Shown here: piece by piece, positions 36,870-44,396 of the stretch
How positions within the stretch are numbered: the first letter of the stretch is position 1
How the letters are laid out: every line of letters starts with the position of its first letter
Source of the DNA: a virus
Taxonomy: Duplodnaviria > Heunggongvirae > Uroviricota > Caudoviricetes
Length of the DNA stretch: 44,396 nucleotides
Virus record (IMG/VR): IMGVR_UViG_3300028422_000701
Direction: 5' to 3' (one strand)
The notes under the pieces: model-generated
Told to the model about the DNA's origin: nothing
Seen by the model: only the letters and a program-made list of their open reading frames with translations
Database searches by the model: none
Made by a program: the position numbers and the translations under genes

Positions 36870-37028
36870 ATGATGGAGGACGTTGTCAAAATAAGTATTA
36901 AAGTATACTATAAAGACAAAACTGAAGAAGTTGAGTTTGATGATTGGTCTGCAGCTGAAGCATATATACAAGTAGTTAATAAATCCAAAGATTTTAAGAA
37001 CGTTAGTTTAATTAAAGGAGGTGATTAA
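36870..37028 (+). CDS. 52-aa hypothetical protein
   Basis: hand-translated; AGGAGG RBS; promoter at 36821-36849. Confidence 0.6.
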   Translation: MMEDVVKISIKVYYKDKTEEVEFDDWSAAEAYIQVVNKSKDFKNVSLIKGGD

Positions 37029-37272
37029 TATGTTTAAAAAAATAAAACAACCAAAATATGTTATTGAAATAAAACTTTTTGAGACATTAGAATTAATTGA
37101 CACAAAAGTAGTTACTAAAAAACAATATCATAAAGTGTGCACCGATTTAGTTAAATTAATATCAAGTCGTTTTAAAACATATAATACTAGAACAAGGGAA
37201 CGTAGTTTTATTGTATATAATGAAAAAGAACTAGTAGGTTATGTAGTAGGTATAAGGGAGGTCATTAAGTAA
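37021..37272 (+). CDS. hypothetical protein
   Basis: ORF track. Confidence 0.6.
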   Translation: MINMFKKIKQPKYVIEIKLFETLELIDTKVVTKKQYHKVCTDLVKLISSRFKTYNTRTRERSFIVYNEKELVGYVVGIREVIK

Positions 37273-37697
37273 TGAGATTATGGCATTATAAACTAATTCC
37301 ATATTTACCCCAAAAACAATTAGTTTCTCAGTGGAGAGAATGTATTGCAATAAAGGGAATGTGGGAAAAAGGAAAATTAGTTAATCAACCATTAGTTGGG
37401 TATGTAACAAAGTATAACAAAAAGTATTTCTTTAATTATGTTCAAACACTTGTAGAAGAGTTAGAAAGAAGAAAAATAAACTTTCAACAAAAGTATTATC
37501 TTGACTTTATAAACTTTTGTGATGTATATAATAATCGTACTAATGATTTAAAATGTTTAACCTACAATGAACAGGATCAAGATTATTTAGTTATTTGTTA
37601 TTATAATTTAAAAGAAAAACACTTACGTGGAATGATAAGTGATATTGAATGGTTAAATATAGAAAGTAGGTACTTACATGAAATATGTATTATGTGA
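37272..37697 (+). CDS. pyrimidine-dimer DNA glycosylase/endonuclease V family protein
   Basis: MRLWHYKLIPYLPQKQLVSQWRECIAI...LVEELERR family signature. Confidence 0.75.
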   Translation: MRLWHYKLIPYLPQKQLVSQWRECIAIKGMWEKGKLVNQPLVGYVTKYNKKYFFNYVQTLVEELERRKINFQQKYYLDFINFCDVYNNRTNDLKCLTYNEQDQDYLVICYYNLKEKHLRGMISDIEWLNIESRYLHEICIM

Positions 37698-37908
37698 CCA
37701 CTGTCGTAAAAAAATTAAGTTTGGAGACCATTTTTATAATGATGGTATACACTGTGCAGTCTATTGTAGTCCAAAATGTTACATTAATGCAAATACAACA
37801 GTAGAGGTGTATATTTTAAACGATAGTGAAGCAGAAGATAACCGTTGTGAAGTATTTATAGAAGAAGATAACTTATTAAATAAAGAGAATAAAGGAGAAA
37901 TTAATTAA
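37678..37908 (+). CDS. small zinc-finger protein
   Basis: CDHCRKKI...YCSPKC. Confidence 0.65.
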   Translation: MKYVLCDHCRKKIKFGDHFYNDGIHCAVYCSPKCYINANTTVEVYILNDSEAEDNRCEVFIEEDNLLNKENKGEIN

Positions 37909-37922
37909 CATTTCACCTTTTT

Positions 37923-38357
37923 TTGTTGTATTATACACCCGAAAATGGTATAATATTAATATACATAAGTAAAGGGAGGAAGATATGTATGGAAGAAAAA
38001 GTATTTAACAAAATGAAAGAGTATGGTTGGAATTTAGATAATTTTAAACAAGTATCTGATTATCATTATAATTTTTTAAGTGATAGTTTTGAATGTTTAA
38101 AAGAACCTAAAAATTGGGAACAAGGAATGAGTTTAATTGATAAAAATGAATTCTTTGATATGACAGCTTTTGTGTGTGACTTTATGAGAGCAGTAAATGA
38201 TATAACAAAGGAAAATGAACTATCTAATTTTGACGATATTGTAGAGTACTTGTTTGATAATTGTGACAATGAAGAACTTGAAAAGATAGCAACGTGGTGT
38301 TTAAAAACTGTAAAGATATCAAGAAAATTAATAAAGGAGGAAGAAGAGAATGAATAA
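37923..38357 (+). CDS. acidic hypothetical protein
   Basis: likely start ATG 37989 (GGGAGG RBS); promoter at 37926-37954. Confidence 0.65.
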   Translation: MLYYTPENGIILIYISKGRKICMEEKVFNKMKEYGWNLDNFKQVSDYHYNFLSDSFECLKEPKNWEQGMSLIDKNEFFDMTAFVCDFMRAVNDITKENELSNFDDIVEYLFDNCDNEELEKIATWCLKTVKISRKLIKEEEENE

Positions 38358-38904
38358 AAATATTGATAGTGTAGTTAGTGGTATGGATACACAGTTTAAG
38401 TATATGTTACTTGACAGGATGAAACAAGACTGTAGATATTTTCTAGGTAATGGTGACGGCAATGTAAAAAACTTATGGGCTGGGGACATTGAATTACAAA
38501 TAAAATATATGAAATGTATTTACAATAGCTTAGTAGAAAAACCTGAATGGATAAGTTTAGATGATATTAGTATATTTGAAAAAGCAATGTTATATACTAG
38601 TTCACCTAAAACGTCAGTTATTATTGAATATAGACCTTGTGATACTAATAGCAGTTATCTTGAAGATGTTATTAATGTTATTGCTATTGTACCAAGTGAC
38701 GAAGAATATATAAGTAAAGAAATAACAAGATTGTTTGTAAAATATGTATGTGAAAGTGGTTATGGTGAAGACGTTTTAGAAGATGTTGAAAGAGACATAA
38801 CACAACATATAAAAAGAACTGGTAACACTTATGTTCTTGATTTTGACGACGAACAGGAAGAAGAAGGTTATTATTATACTTTAATAGTGAAAGAGGTTAA
38901 GTAA
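38350..38904 (+). CDS. LPD11-like domain protein
   Basis: FKYMLLDRMKQDCRYFLGNG...LWAG...QIKYMK...KPEWIS resembles large polyvalent protein domain 11. Confidence 0.7.
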   Translation: MNKNIDSVVSGMDTQFKYMLLDRMKQDCRYFLGNGDGNVKNLWAGDIELQIKYMKCIYNSLVEKPEWISLDDISIFEKAMLYTSSPKTSVIIEYRPCDTNSSYLEDVINVIAIVPSDEEYISKEITRLFVKYVCESGYGEDVLEDVERDITQHIKRTGNTYVLDFDDEQEEEGYYYTLIVKEVK

Positions 38905-38906
38905 AA

Positions 38907-39167
38907 ATGGAAAAACAAAACTATAACGTTACGTTAACTGTATATTTAGTTGCAATATTAGTTGATGTTTTAAACAAGTGTTATGGGTATAACTGTGGGT
39001 TATCACTATATGATTTAGATAGGTTTGTACAAAATAAAGTAATTCCTGATTTTAAAGGTTACGATACTAATTTTAACGACGAACTTAATTTAGTTGATAG
39101 CATATACAAATATTTTGATACACTTAACCTAGAAGAATTAAATGATGAATGGGGGTTTATGAACTAA
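38907..39167 (+). CDS. hypothetical protein
   Basis: ORF track. Confidence 0.6.
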   Translation: MEKQNYNVTLTVYLVAILVDVLNKCYGYNCGLSLYDLDRFVQNKVIPDFKGYDTNFNDELNLVDSIYKYFDTLNLEELNDEWGFMN

Positions 39168-39574
39168 TGCAAACAAAAATTGTAAAAGGTGAAAAAGTAA
39201 CTTATACAACTAATGATAAAACTATATATGTGTCTGACGATGGTATCAAGGAAAGTTTATATAAAGAAGTTATAGAAGAGTATGAAGCAACTAAAGACAT
39301 AAAACACCAAAGAGTAGATTTTGAAAGTTTAGAATATGGGTACGATTTGTACCTAGTTGAAAATGAAGAACAAAAGAAAATATTTAAAAAATATTTCAGA
39401 GTTAGCATATATGCAGACTTTGACATACCAATAGGAAAATGGTTTTTATTTAAACGTGACGAGGATGATTATTCAAGTGGTAGTTATATTTATTCTATAG
39501 AAGAAGTAATTGAAAAAACAACTAATGACTTAAATATTTTAACCAGTTTCTTAAACACAGACATGAATAAATAG
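39149..39574 (+). CDS. hypothetical protein
   Basis: ORF track. Confidence 0.6.
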   Translation: MGVYELMQTKIVKGEKVTYTTNDKTIYVSDDGIKESLYKEVIEEYEATKDIKHQRVDFESLEYGYDLYLVENEEQKKIFKKYFRVSIYADFDIPIGKWFLFKRDEDDYSSGSYIYSIEEVIEKTTNDLNILTSFLNTDMNK

Positions 39575-39728
39575 TAGTTTGAACCACTAATTTAATTACA
39601 TTTTAAACCATGAAAAGTAGTTGGTGGGTATTAGGTTATTAAATAAGTATTAAAACCTGTTAAAAGCGCTTTAAATACGAGAAAAATAGGGTATTTAAAG
39701 TGTTTTTAATACTAAAAGGAGGGTAAAT

Positions 39729-39932
39729 ATGAGAAACTATATATTAAGGTTGTATGACCAGTTTAAACAAGAAGGTATAAATAAAGACACACTAAAAGAT
39801 AACTTTATTTATATGTATGAATTAGTTTGTGAAAAAACTAAAGGTACTAGGTTTGAAGGTAAAGAACAATTTATTATGAATGCTATAATAAAAGAATTTA
39901 AAGGGGAGGCTAGACAATATGGAAACAAATAA
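39729..39932 (+). CDS. hypothetical protein
   Basis: AGGAGG RBS. Confidence 0.65.
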   Translation: MRNYILRLYDQFKQEGINKDTLKDNFIYMYELVCEKTKGTRFEGKEQFIMNAIIKEFKGEARQYGNK

Positions 39933-40146
39933 AATTAAGATAACAGGAAATAGATATAACCCAATGTGGGAAAAATTAGAAGTTGGAGTTATACCTTATC
40001 TTGCAGATTATCGTCTTAAATTATCACGTAAAAAATATGAATTAATAGGTGGTAACCAGGTAGCTAAAGACAACAAATTATATTGGATAATATGGGACGA
40101 TGACTATAACTTTTCACTTGAAGAATATGGTTATTATGTTGAATAG
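39919..40146 (+). CDS. hypothetical protein
   Basis: GGGAGG RBS. Confidence 0.6.
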   Translation: METNKIKITGNRYNPMWEKLEVGVIPYLADYRLKLSRKKYELIGGNQVAKDNKLYWIIWDDDYNFSLEEYGYYVE

Positions 40147-40221
40147 TTTACTTTTTTCAGTATAATAATGTTTTATTTCACCACCATTTATGGTATAATA
40201 TAATTAGTAAAGGAGGATATT

Positions 40222-40497
40222 ATGGAAAAATTAACATTAAGACAATTAACAGAAAAAACTAATTGGACTAAAGCAGTTATAGTATTCACACCCCAAGGTT
40301 TTAGACCTGAGTTTAGTGAAGAAAGACAACGTAGTTATGAAGTATTACGTGACAACAAATATTTTGACCCAACAATGATTGGACGTAGTTTATATGGTAA
40401 CTGTTTAGATGGTACTGACCACGGTGTTAGGTTAGATTGGTACATACACGCTAGTGAAGAACCTTGGATTGTTGATTATTGTTATGTAGTAGAGTAG
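40222..40497 (+). CDS. conserved hypothetical protein of mobile elements
   Basis: RSYEVLRDNKYF...SLYGNCLDGTDHGVRLDWY; promoter at 40171-40199. Confidence 0.65.
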   Translation: MEKLTLRQLTEKTNWTKAVIVFTPQGFRPEFSEERQRSYEVLRDNKYFDPTMIGRSLYGNCLDGTDHGVRLDWYIHASEEPWIVDYCYVVE

Positions 40498-40709
40498 GTG
40501 ATAATATGATAGTTTATTGTTTAGAACCTAATTATAGTAAGAAAAAAGAATTCATTATACAACAACAATCTTTTAACAAATCTACTAAAGAACTAACATT
40601 GTTAAATGAAAAAAAGTTTACACATGAACAACTTACTTACTTAACATTGAATGCTTTAATTAGATTGGCATTCGGTGATTACAGTGAAATAAAAATCTGG
40701 ACTTATTAA
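40479..40709 (+). CDS. hypothetical protein
   Basis: ORF track. Confidence 0.55.
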   Translation: MLCSRVGDNMIVYCLEPNYSKKKEFIIQQQSFNKSTKELTLLNEKKFTHEQLTYLTLNALIRLAFGDYSEIKIWTY

Positions 40710-40755
40710 TATATAGTAATCAGGGGGTTACTGGTTTATTGAAAGGAAGATTATT

Positions 40756-40962
40756 ATGAGATATGGTGAACCTGTTGACTTAGACAAGTACACCAAATGT
40801 ACTATCACTTGTAAATGTGGTCACCGTATTAGCACTAGTACTTTTAAAAAAGGAACAAAACATTTTTGTAATTGGTGTGGAAAAGAAATAGTTGACCCTA
40901 AAAGTGAATTTAAAAATAAACTACAAGAAACTATAAACAAAATGAACAAGAAGGAGGTTTAG
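40756..40962 (+). CDS. small zinc-ribbon protein
   Basis: CKCGH...FCNWCG. Confidence 0.65.
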   Translation: MRYGEPVDLDKYTKCTITCKCGHRISTSTFKKGTKHFCNWCGKEIVDPKSEFKNKLQETINKMNKKEV

Positions 40963-40963
40963 T

Positions 40964-41476
40964 ATGATTATAGACGACTTAGAGGAAGATAAAGTAGAAG
41001 TAGATAAAGCCATTGAATACTTAAAAGATTTTGATATTGACAATTTTCATCTTTATGACAAATATTCTGACTTTATAAAAACCATTCCAAATGGTACAAA
41101 GGTTATTAAAGACACACAAGTAGATTGTGAAGCTTACATAGTAGGTTTGAATTTTACTATTACTATGGGTTATTATACTAATTATAAAGAAATTAAAGAT
41201 AGTACTTACTATTTTCCTTTATATGGTGTAGCAGACAATTTAGAACAAATTATTAATAAACATTCAGAAGAATTAGATAAAGATTCTAATTATATAATTT
41301 TAATGACCCCAATGGATAGACGTGAACAACCTAGCCGTGATGGTTGGAGATGGCACAAATGGGGTGAATATATAGGTGTACAAGAGCCACAGTGTGAATA
41401 TCTGTATGATGAAAAAGATATTGATTTAGTTTACGTTTACAAAATAGTAGAAGTAACAAAAAAGAAAGAAGGATAA
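40964..41476 (+). CDS. conserved phage protein
   Basis: GWRWHKWGEYIG...PQCEYLYDE motif. Confidence 0.7.
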   Translation: MIIDDLEEDKVEVDKAIEYLKDFDIDNFHLYDKYSDFIKTIPNGTKVIKDTQVDCEAYIVGLNFTITMGYYTNYKEIKDSTYYFPLYGVADNLEQIINKHSEELDKDSNYIILMTPMDRREQPSRDGWRWHKWGEYIGVQEPQCEYLYDEKDIDLVYVYKIVEVTKKKEG

Positions 41477-41479
41477 TAA

Positions 41480-42148
41480 ATGGAACTAATTAAAGATTTA
41501 AGACAAAAAAGAAAAGCACAAGGATATACTCAAGGGCAGGTAGGTAAACTACTTGGAATACATGGTAGTCACTATTCTAGAATAGAAACTGGACAACTTA
41601 TTCCAGATGAAAGTTTAACTATTAGAATAAATAATTTATTTATGCATAAAGATACAACTAAAGATGTTGAAAGTGAGTGCATTAAACAAACTATTAATGG
41701 TAAGAAAATTACATTACCACCTATTTATAGAACAACAAGAGAAAAAATTAATTTAAGTTTAAAAGAAGTTAGTAAATTAACTGGAATACCAGAGTCAACA
41801 CTAGGTAAGTACGAAACAGGTGCACAAAAGTGTACAGTTGAACGTAAAGAAAAGTTGGATGAATTATATAAACAATATATTCCAACTATTACTAAACGTG
41901 AACAAGAACCAAAAGAAGTAAAAGAAGTTATAAAACGTGCTGTTCCTAAAGAATCAAAAGAATTATATATAGATAATAAGGTTGTAGAAGAAAAAGCTAG
42001 TGTGGATGAAGAAAAACAAACTCTTATATTGGAAAATAAGATGCTTACTAAAGAACTTGAATTAACTAAACAACAATTATATTTCACACAAGGTTTATTA
42101 AATAAAATGTTTACTAACGTAAGTGAAATAACAACTAAGAAGAGATAA
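41480..42148 (+). CDS. tandem XRE-type HTH transcriptional regulator with C-terminal coiled coil
   Basis: LRQKRKAQGYTQGQVGKLLGIHGSHYSRIETG and REKINLSLKEVSKLTGIPESTLGKYETG. Confidence 0.85.
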   Translation: MELIKDLRQKRKAQGYTQGQVGKLLGIHGSHYSRIETGQLIPDESLTIRINNLFMHKDTTKDVESECIKQTINGKKITLPPIYRTTREKINLSLKEVSKLTGIPESTLGKYETGAQKCTVERKEKLDELYKQYIPTITKREQEPKEVKEVIKRAVPKESKELYIDNKVVEEKASVDEEKQTLILENKMLTKELELTKQQLYFTQGLLNKMFTNVSEITTKKR

Positions 42149-42150
42149 TA

Positions 42151-42444
42151 ATGACAAAATATTATAAGGATACCATTGAATTAAATAGTAGTAAGATACT
42201 ACCACTTAATCAAGTTCTTTCGCTAGTAGGTTTAGAACCTAAGTATAATGACGAAGTTAAAATTTCAGCCAAACACATAAATTATTTTCTTGACAACATG
42301 AACAAAAAGTTCAATACAAACTATAAAATGGACGTGCTTAATAATAGACAACACGAATGGGTATGGAATAATATAAAAGTAGAAATTGTAAGTATAACGA
42401 ATAGTTATACCCAATGTACAGTTTTTCTTAAAATAGTGTTGTAA
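42151..42444 (+). CDS. hypothetical protein
   Basis: ORF track. Confidence 0.55.
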   Translation: MTKYYKDTIELNSSKILPLNQVLSLVGLEPKYNDEVKISAKHINYFLDNMNKKFNTNYKMDVLNNRQHEWVWNNIKVEIVSITNSYTQCTVFLKIVL

Positions 42445-42467
42445 AATACGTTATTTTGTGGTATACT
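42439..42467 (+). promoter_or_regulatory. promoter of the candidate sRNA
   Basis: TTGTAA-17-TATACT with extended TG. Confidence 0.75.
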
Positions 42468-42473
42468 TATAAT

Positions 42474-42605
42474 GTACTTGTTTAATGGGTACAAAATGGT
42501 TGTAGTATAGACCAATACACATACTGAGTGAATTTAATACCTACCTTTACTTTAATAGATAAACTCAGTACTAACCCTATATATAATGTATAGGGTTTAT
42601 TTTTT
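42474..42605 (+). ncRNA. candidate anti-Shine-Dalgarno small RNA
   Basis: own promoter and terminator, no RBS-led ORF; stem TACTGAGT/ACTCAGTA encloses TACCTACCTTTACTTT, the exact reverse complement of 29762-29777. Confidence 0.7.
42573..42605 (+). terminator. intrinsic terminator
   Basis: AACCCTATA/TATAGGGTT stem plus T run. Confidence 0.8.
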
Positions 42606-42703
42606 CACTAAAAAATACAACTTTTCATAAAAAAATGTTGTAATTTCTAATATTATGGTGTATACTATTAATGTAAATAAAAAAAGAAGGAGGTTTAATA
42701 GTT

Positions 42704-43000
42704 ATGCAAAATAAAATAAATAGAGTTAACAGTGAAGTGGTAACTGTTAGAATGGGGTCAAATGTTAAAAATTGTGTACTTACAATTAAGAACAGAATTT
42801 ATAATTTAGGACTAGGTTACCAAAGACCAAGTTGTGCTAATGTTATTACAGTAGACAACAAAACAAGAAAATTAATTGAAAACACTCAAAAACAATATTT
42901 AGATGAAATGAAAGATCAATATAATTTATCTGACGCAGATGTAACTTATATTAAAAATCATCTAAATGTTCACAACAGTAAATACTTAAGAGTGAAATAA
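42704..43000 (+). CDS. hypothetical protein
   Basis: GGAGG RBS; promoter at 42638-42666. Confidence 0.7.
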   Translation: MQNKINRVNSEVVTVRMGSNVKNCVLTIKNRIYNLGLGYQRPSCANVITVDNKTRKLIENTQKQYLDEMKDQYNLSDADVTYIKNHLNVHNSKYLRVK

Positions 43001-43014
43001 TTTTATTTACAAAC

Positions 43015-43126
43015 TAAGAAACCAGTTCAAAGAACTGGCTTTTTTGTACCTAATGTATGATTAATTATACCATTTATGGTAGTATATATATTCTTAAATA
43101 AGAGAAGCTAGGATTAATAATCTACT
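43015..43126 (-). ncRNA. candidate small RNA on the minus strand
   Basis: perfect TTGACA-17-TATAAT at 43161-43133 pointing left, no RBS-led ORF, ends at the bidirectional terminator. Confidence 0.45.
43022..43045. terminator. probable bidirectional terminator
   Basis: CCAGTTC/GAACTGG stem with T/A runs on both sides. Confidence 0.7.
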
Positions 43127-43262
43127 AGGTAGATTATACAACTTTTCAACTCATTTGTCAAGAGGAAATCGAAAAATTTTCACTTTTTGATATAAGTTTT
43201 CACTTTCGACTTGACTTTTGAATTTTTTTGTGGTATACTTATATTAAGGAAGTGAATGTAAA

Positions 43263-43502
43263 ATGGAAAATGTACCAAACTATTTTTATATTAATAGATG
43301 TAAGAAAATGATAAAAGCAACTCCACAACAAGTGAAAGTTAAATTAATAGTTTTTAAAAATGATAATGGTGTTAGGGTAGAACAAAATACAGTTGACTAT
43401 GTTAGTGGTAACACTTATGAATTAGGGGACGAATTTTGTGGTAGTGTTTATGAATACACTTATCCAAGTAACATTAAAATAATCGAACAAGACAAGTATT
43501 AA
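43263..43502 (+). CDS. hypothetical protein
   Basis: promoter TTGACT-17-TATACT starting at 43211. Confidence 0.6.
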   Translation: MENVPNYFYINRCKKMIKATPQQVKVKLIVFKNDNGVRVEQNTVDYVSGNTYELGDEFCGSVYEYTYPSNIKIIEQDKY

Positions 43503-43581
43503 TTTTTCATTTATTAATGTTGTAATTCAACACCATTTTTGGTATAATAATAATGTACTAAAAAAAGGGAGGTATAATACA

Positions 43582-43902
43582 ATGAAATTAATTACAAAGG
43601 AAGTAGAAAATAAGTTCTTAAAATACCCAATAGGAAGTCAAGACGGTAAAGGTAAGGATGCATTAGTAATTGCAAAATTCTTTAATCCTTGTGGTGCAGG
43701 TACTTGGTTAATAACTGAGGCTGAAAAAGATGGGGATGATTGGTGTATGTTTGGTTACTGTAATATAACTGATTGGGAATGGGGATACGTTATGTTAAGT
43801 GAACTTATTAGTGTTAAGCTACCATTTGGATTAACAGTAGAACGTGATATGCACGTACCCGATGGTGCAACTGTTGGGAGTATGGTTAAAGATTATGAAT
43901 AA
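43582..43902 (+). CDS. DUF2958 family protein
   Basis: VIAKFFNPCGAGTWLITE...FGY...EWGYVMLSEL...VERD signature. Confidence 0.8.
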   Translation: MKLITKEVENKFLKYPIGSQDGKGKDALVIAKFFNPCGAGTWLITEAEKDGDDWCMFGYCNITDWEWGYVMLSELISVKLPFGLTVERDMHVPDGATVGSMVKDYE

Positions 43903-44176
43903 ACCAATAAGTAAAATGACTAAAGCTGAACTACTTGTGTATGTAAAAAATATACAAGAAGAACTAGATGAAGCAAGAACTGATTTAGCTGTAGCCTACT
44001 CAGACAATGATGATTTACAAGAACAAATTGATGATCTTGAAAACAATGAAGAAGGTCCTGTTGGTATAATTAATGTTGATAACTTTATATTTAAACTTAA
44101 AATAGAAAACTTACATAGTGATAAATTAGAAAGTTTTATTAACGAATATATAACATACCATAATAACCCTATTTAA
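43844..44176 (+). CDS. acidic coiled-coil hypothetical protein
   Basis: likely start ATG 43895. Confidence 0.6.
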   Translation: MICTYPMVQLLGVWLKIMNKPISKMTKAELLVYVKNIQEELDEARTDLAVAYSDNDDLQEQIDDLENNEEGPVGIINVDNFIFKLKIENLHSDKLESFINEYITYHNNPI

Positions 44177-44311
44177 AGCGCCTACACGGGCGTTTTTGTT
44201 TGGGGGTATAAACACCCACCTACCAATGAAAAGTTAAATTAAAGGGTATTAAACACTTGTTTTTCGTACATATTAATGGTATAATGTATTTAATAAAGGA
44301 GGGATTTAAAC

Positions 44312-44396
44312 ATGGGAGAAAAAAATGTATGTGATATTATACTAGAATCACAAAAAGTATTTAATAGTACTATAAATGATTTAATGTCATTACCAC
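44312..44396 (+). CDS. hypothetical protein, truncated by the window edge
   Basis: AGGAGG RBS; promoter at 44257-44285. Confidence 0.55.
   Translation, partial: MGEKNVCDIILESQKVFNSTINDLMSLP

Noticed and set aside
42451-42553. Reading AAAGTAAAGGTAGGTA on the minus strand as the RBS of a 23-aa ORF (ATG 42522), or a leaderless 12-aa ORF at 42472
   Set aside because: RBS-to-ATG spacing is about 16 nt with no minus-strand promoter seen; AATGTA recurs at many predicted start sites here, so the leaderless ATG is likely incidental.
1-44396. tRNA genes, integrase/att sites, lysis genes, alternative genetic code
   Set aside because: No cloverleaf, recombinase or lysin signature seen; ORFs pack well under the standard code with TGG for Trp.

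Overview
AT-rich partial genome of a tailed dsDNA siphophage with an HK97-type head; the sigmaA-type promoters and strong AGGAGG ribosome-binding sites suggest a low-GC Firmicute host. Bases 1-19496 (minus strand) carry the virion operon, read terS, terL, portal, prohead protease, major capsid, head-tail joining genes, major tail, tail chaperone with a -1 frameshift, tape measure, Dit and three tail-tip/fibre genes. Bases 19993-29141 (plus) are a dense run of small middle genes, including a degenerate NUMOD4-HNH, two HAD phosphatases, a stand-alone EF-Ts N-terminal domain and a YopX protein. Bases 29785-44396 are short, separately promoted early-type cassettes. No integrase, replication, lysis, tRNA or CRISPR feature was seen. 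The most unusual signals: (1) a 1.15 kb zone (29354-30502) nearly free of GA, TC and GC steps on both strands, so G is followed almost only by G or T. (2) Inside that zone, a gene recoded without Asp, Glu or Ala that is a clear paralogue of a normally coded gene 1.1 kb downstream. (3) A variant Shine-Dalgarno (AGGTAGG) on these genes, with a promoter- and terminator-bounded small RNA at about 42474-42605 that displays a perfect 16-nt antisense match to that site in a hairpin loop. (4) Flanking GA/TC-dense repeat blocks and two promoter classes (-35 TTGTA/TTGTT versus TTGAC). These may form a DNA-modification-aware entry and shut-off circuit; that mechanism is inference. All counts and alignments were done by eye.
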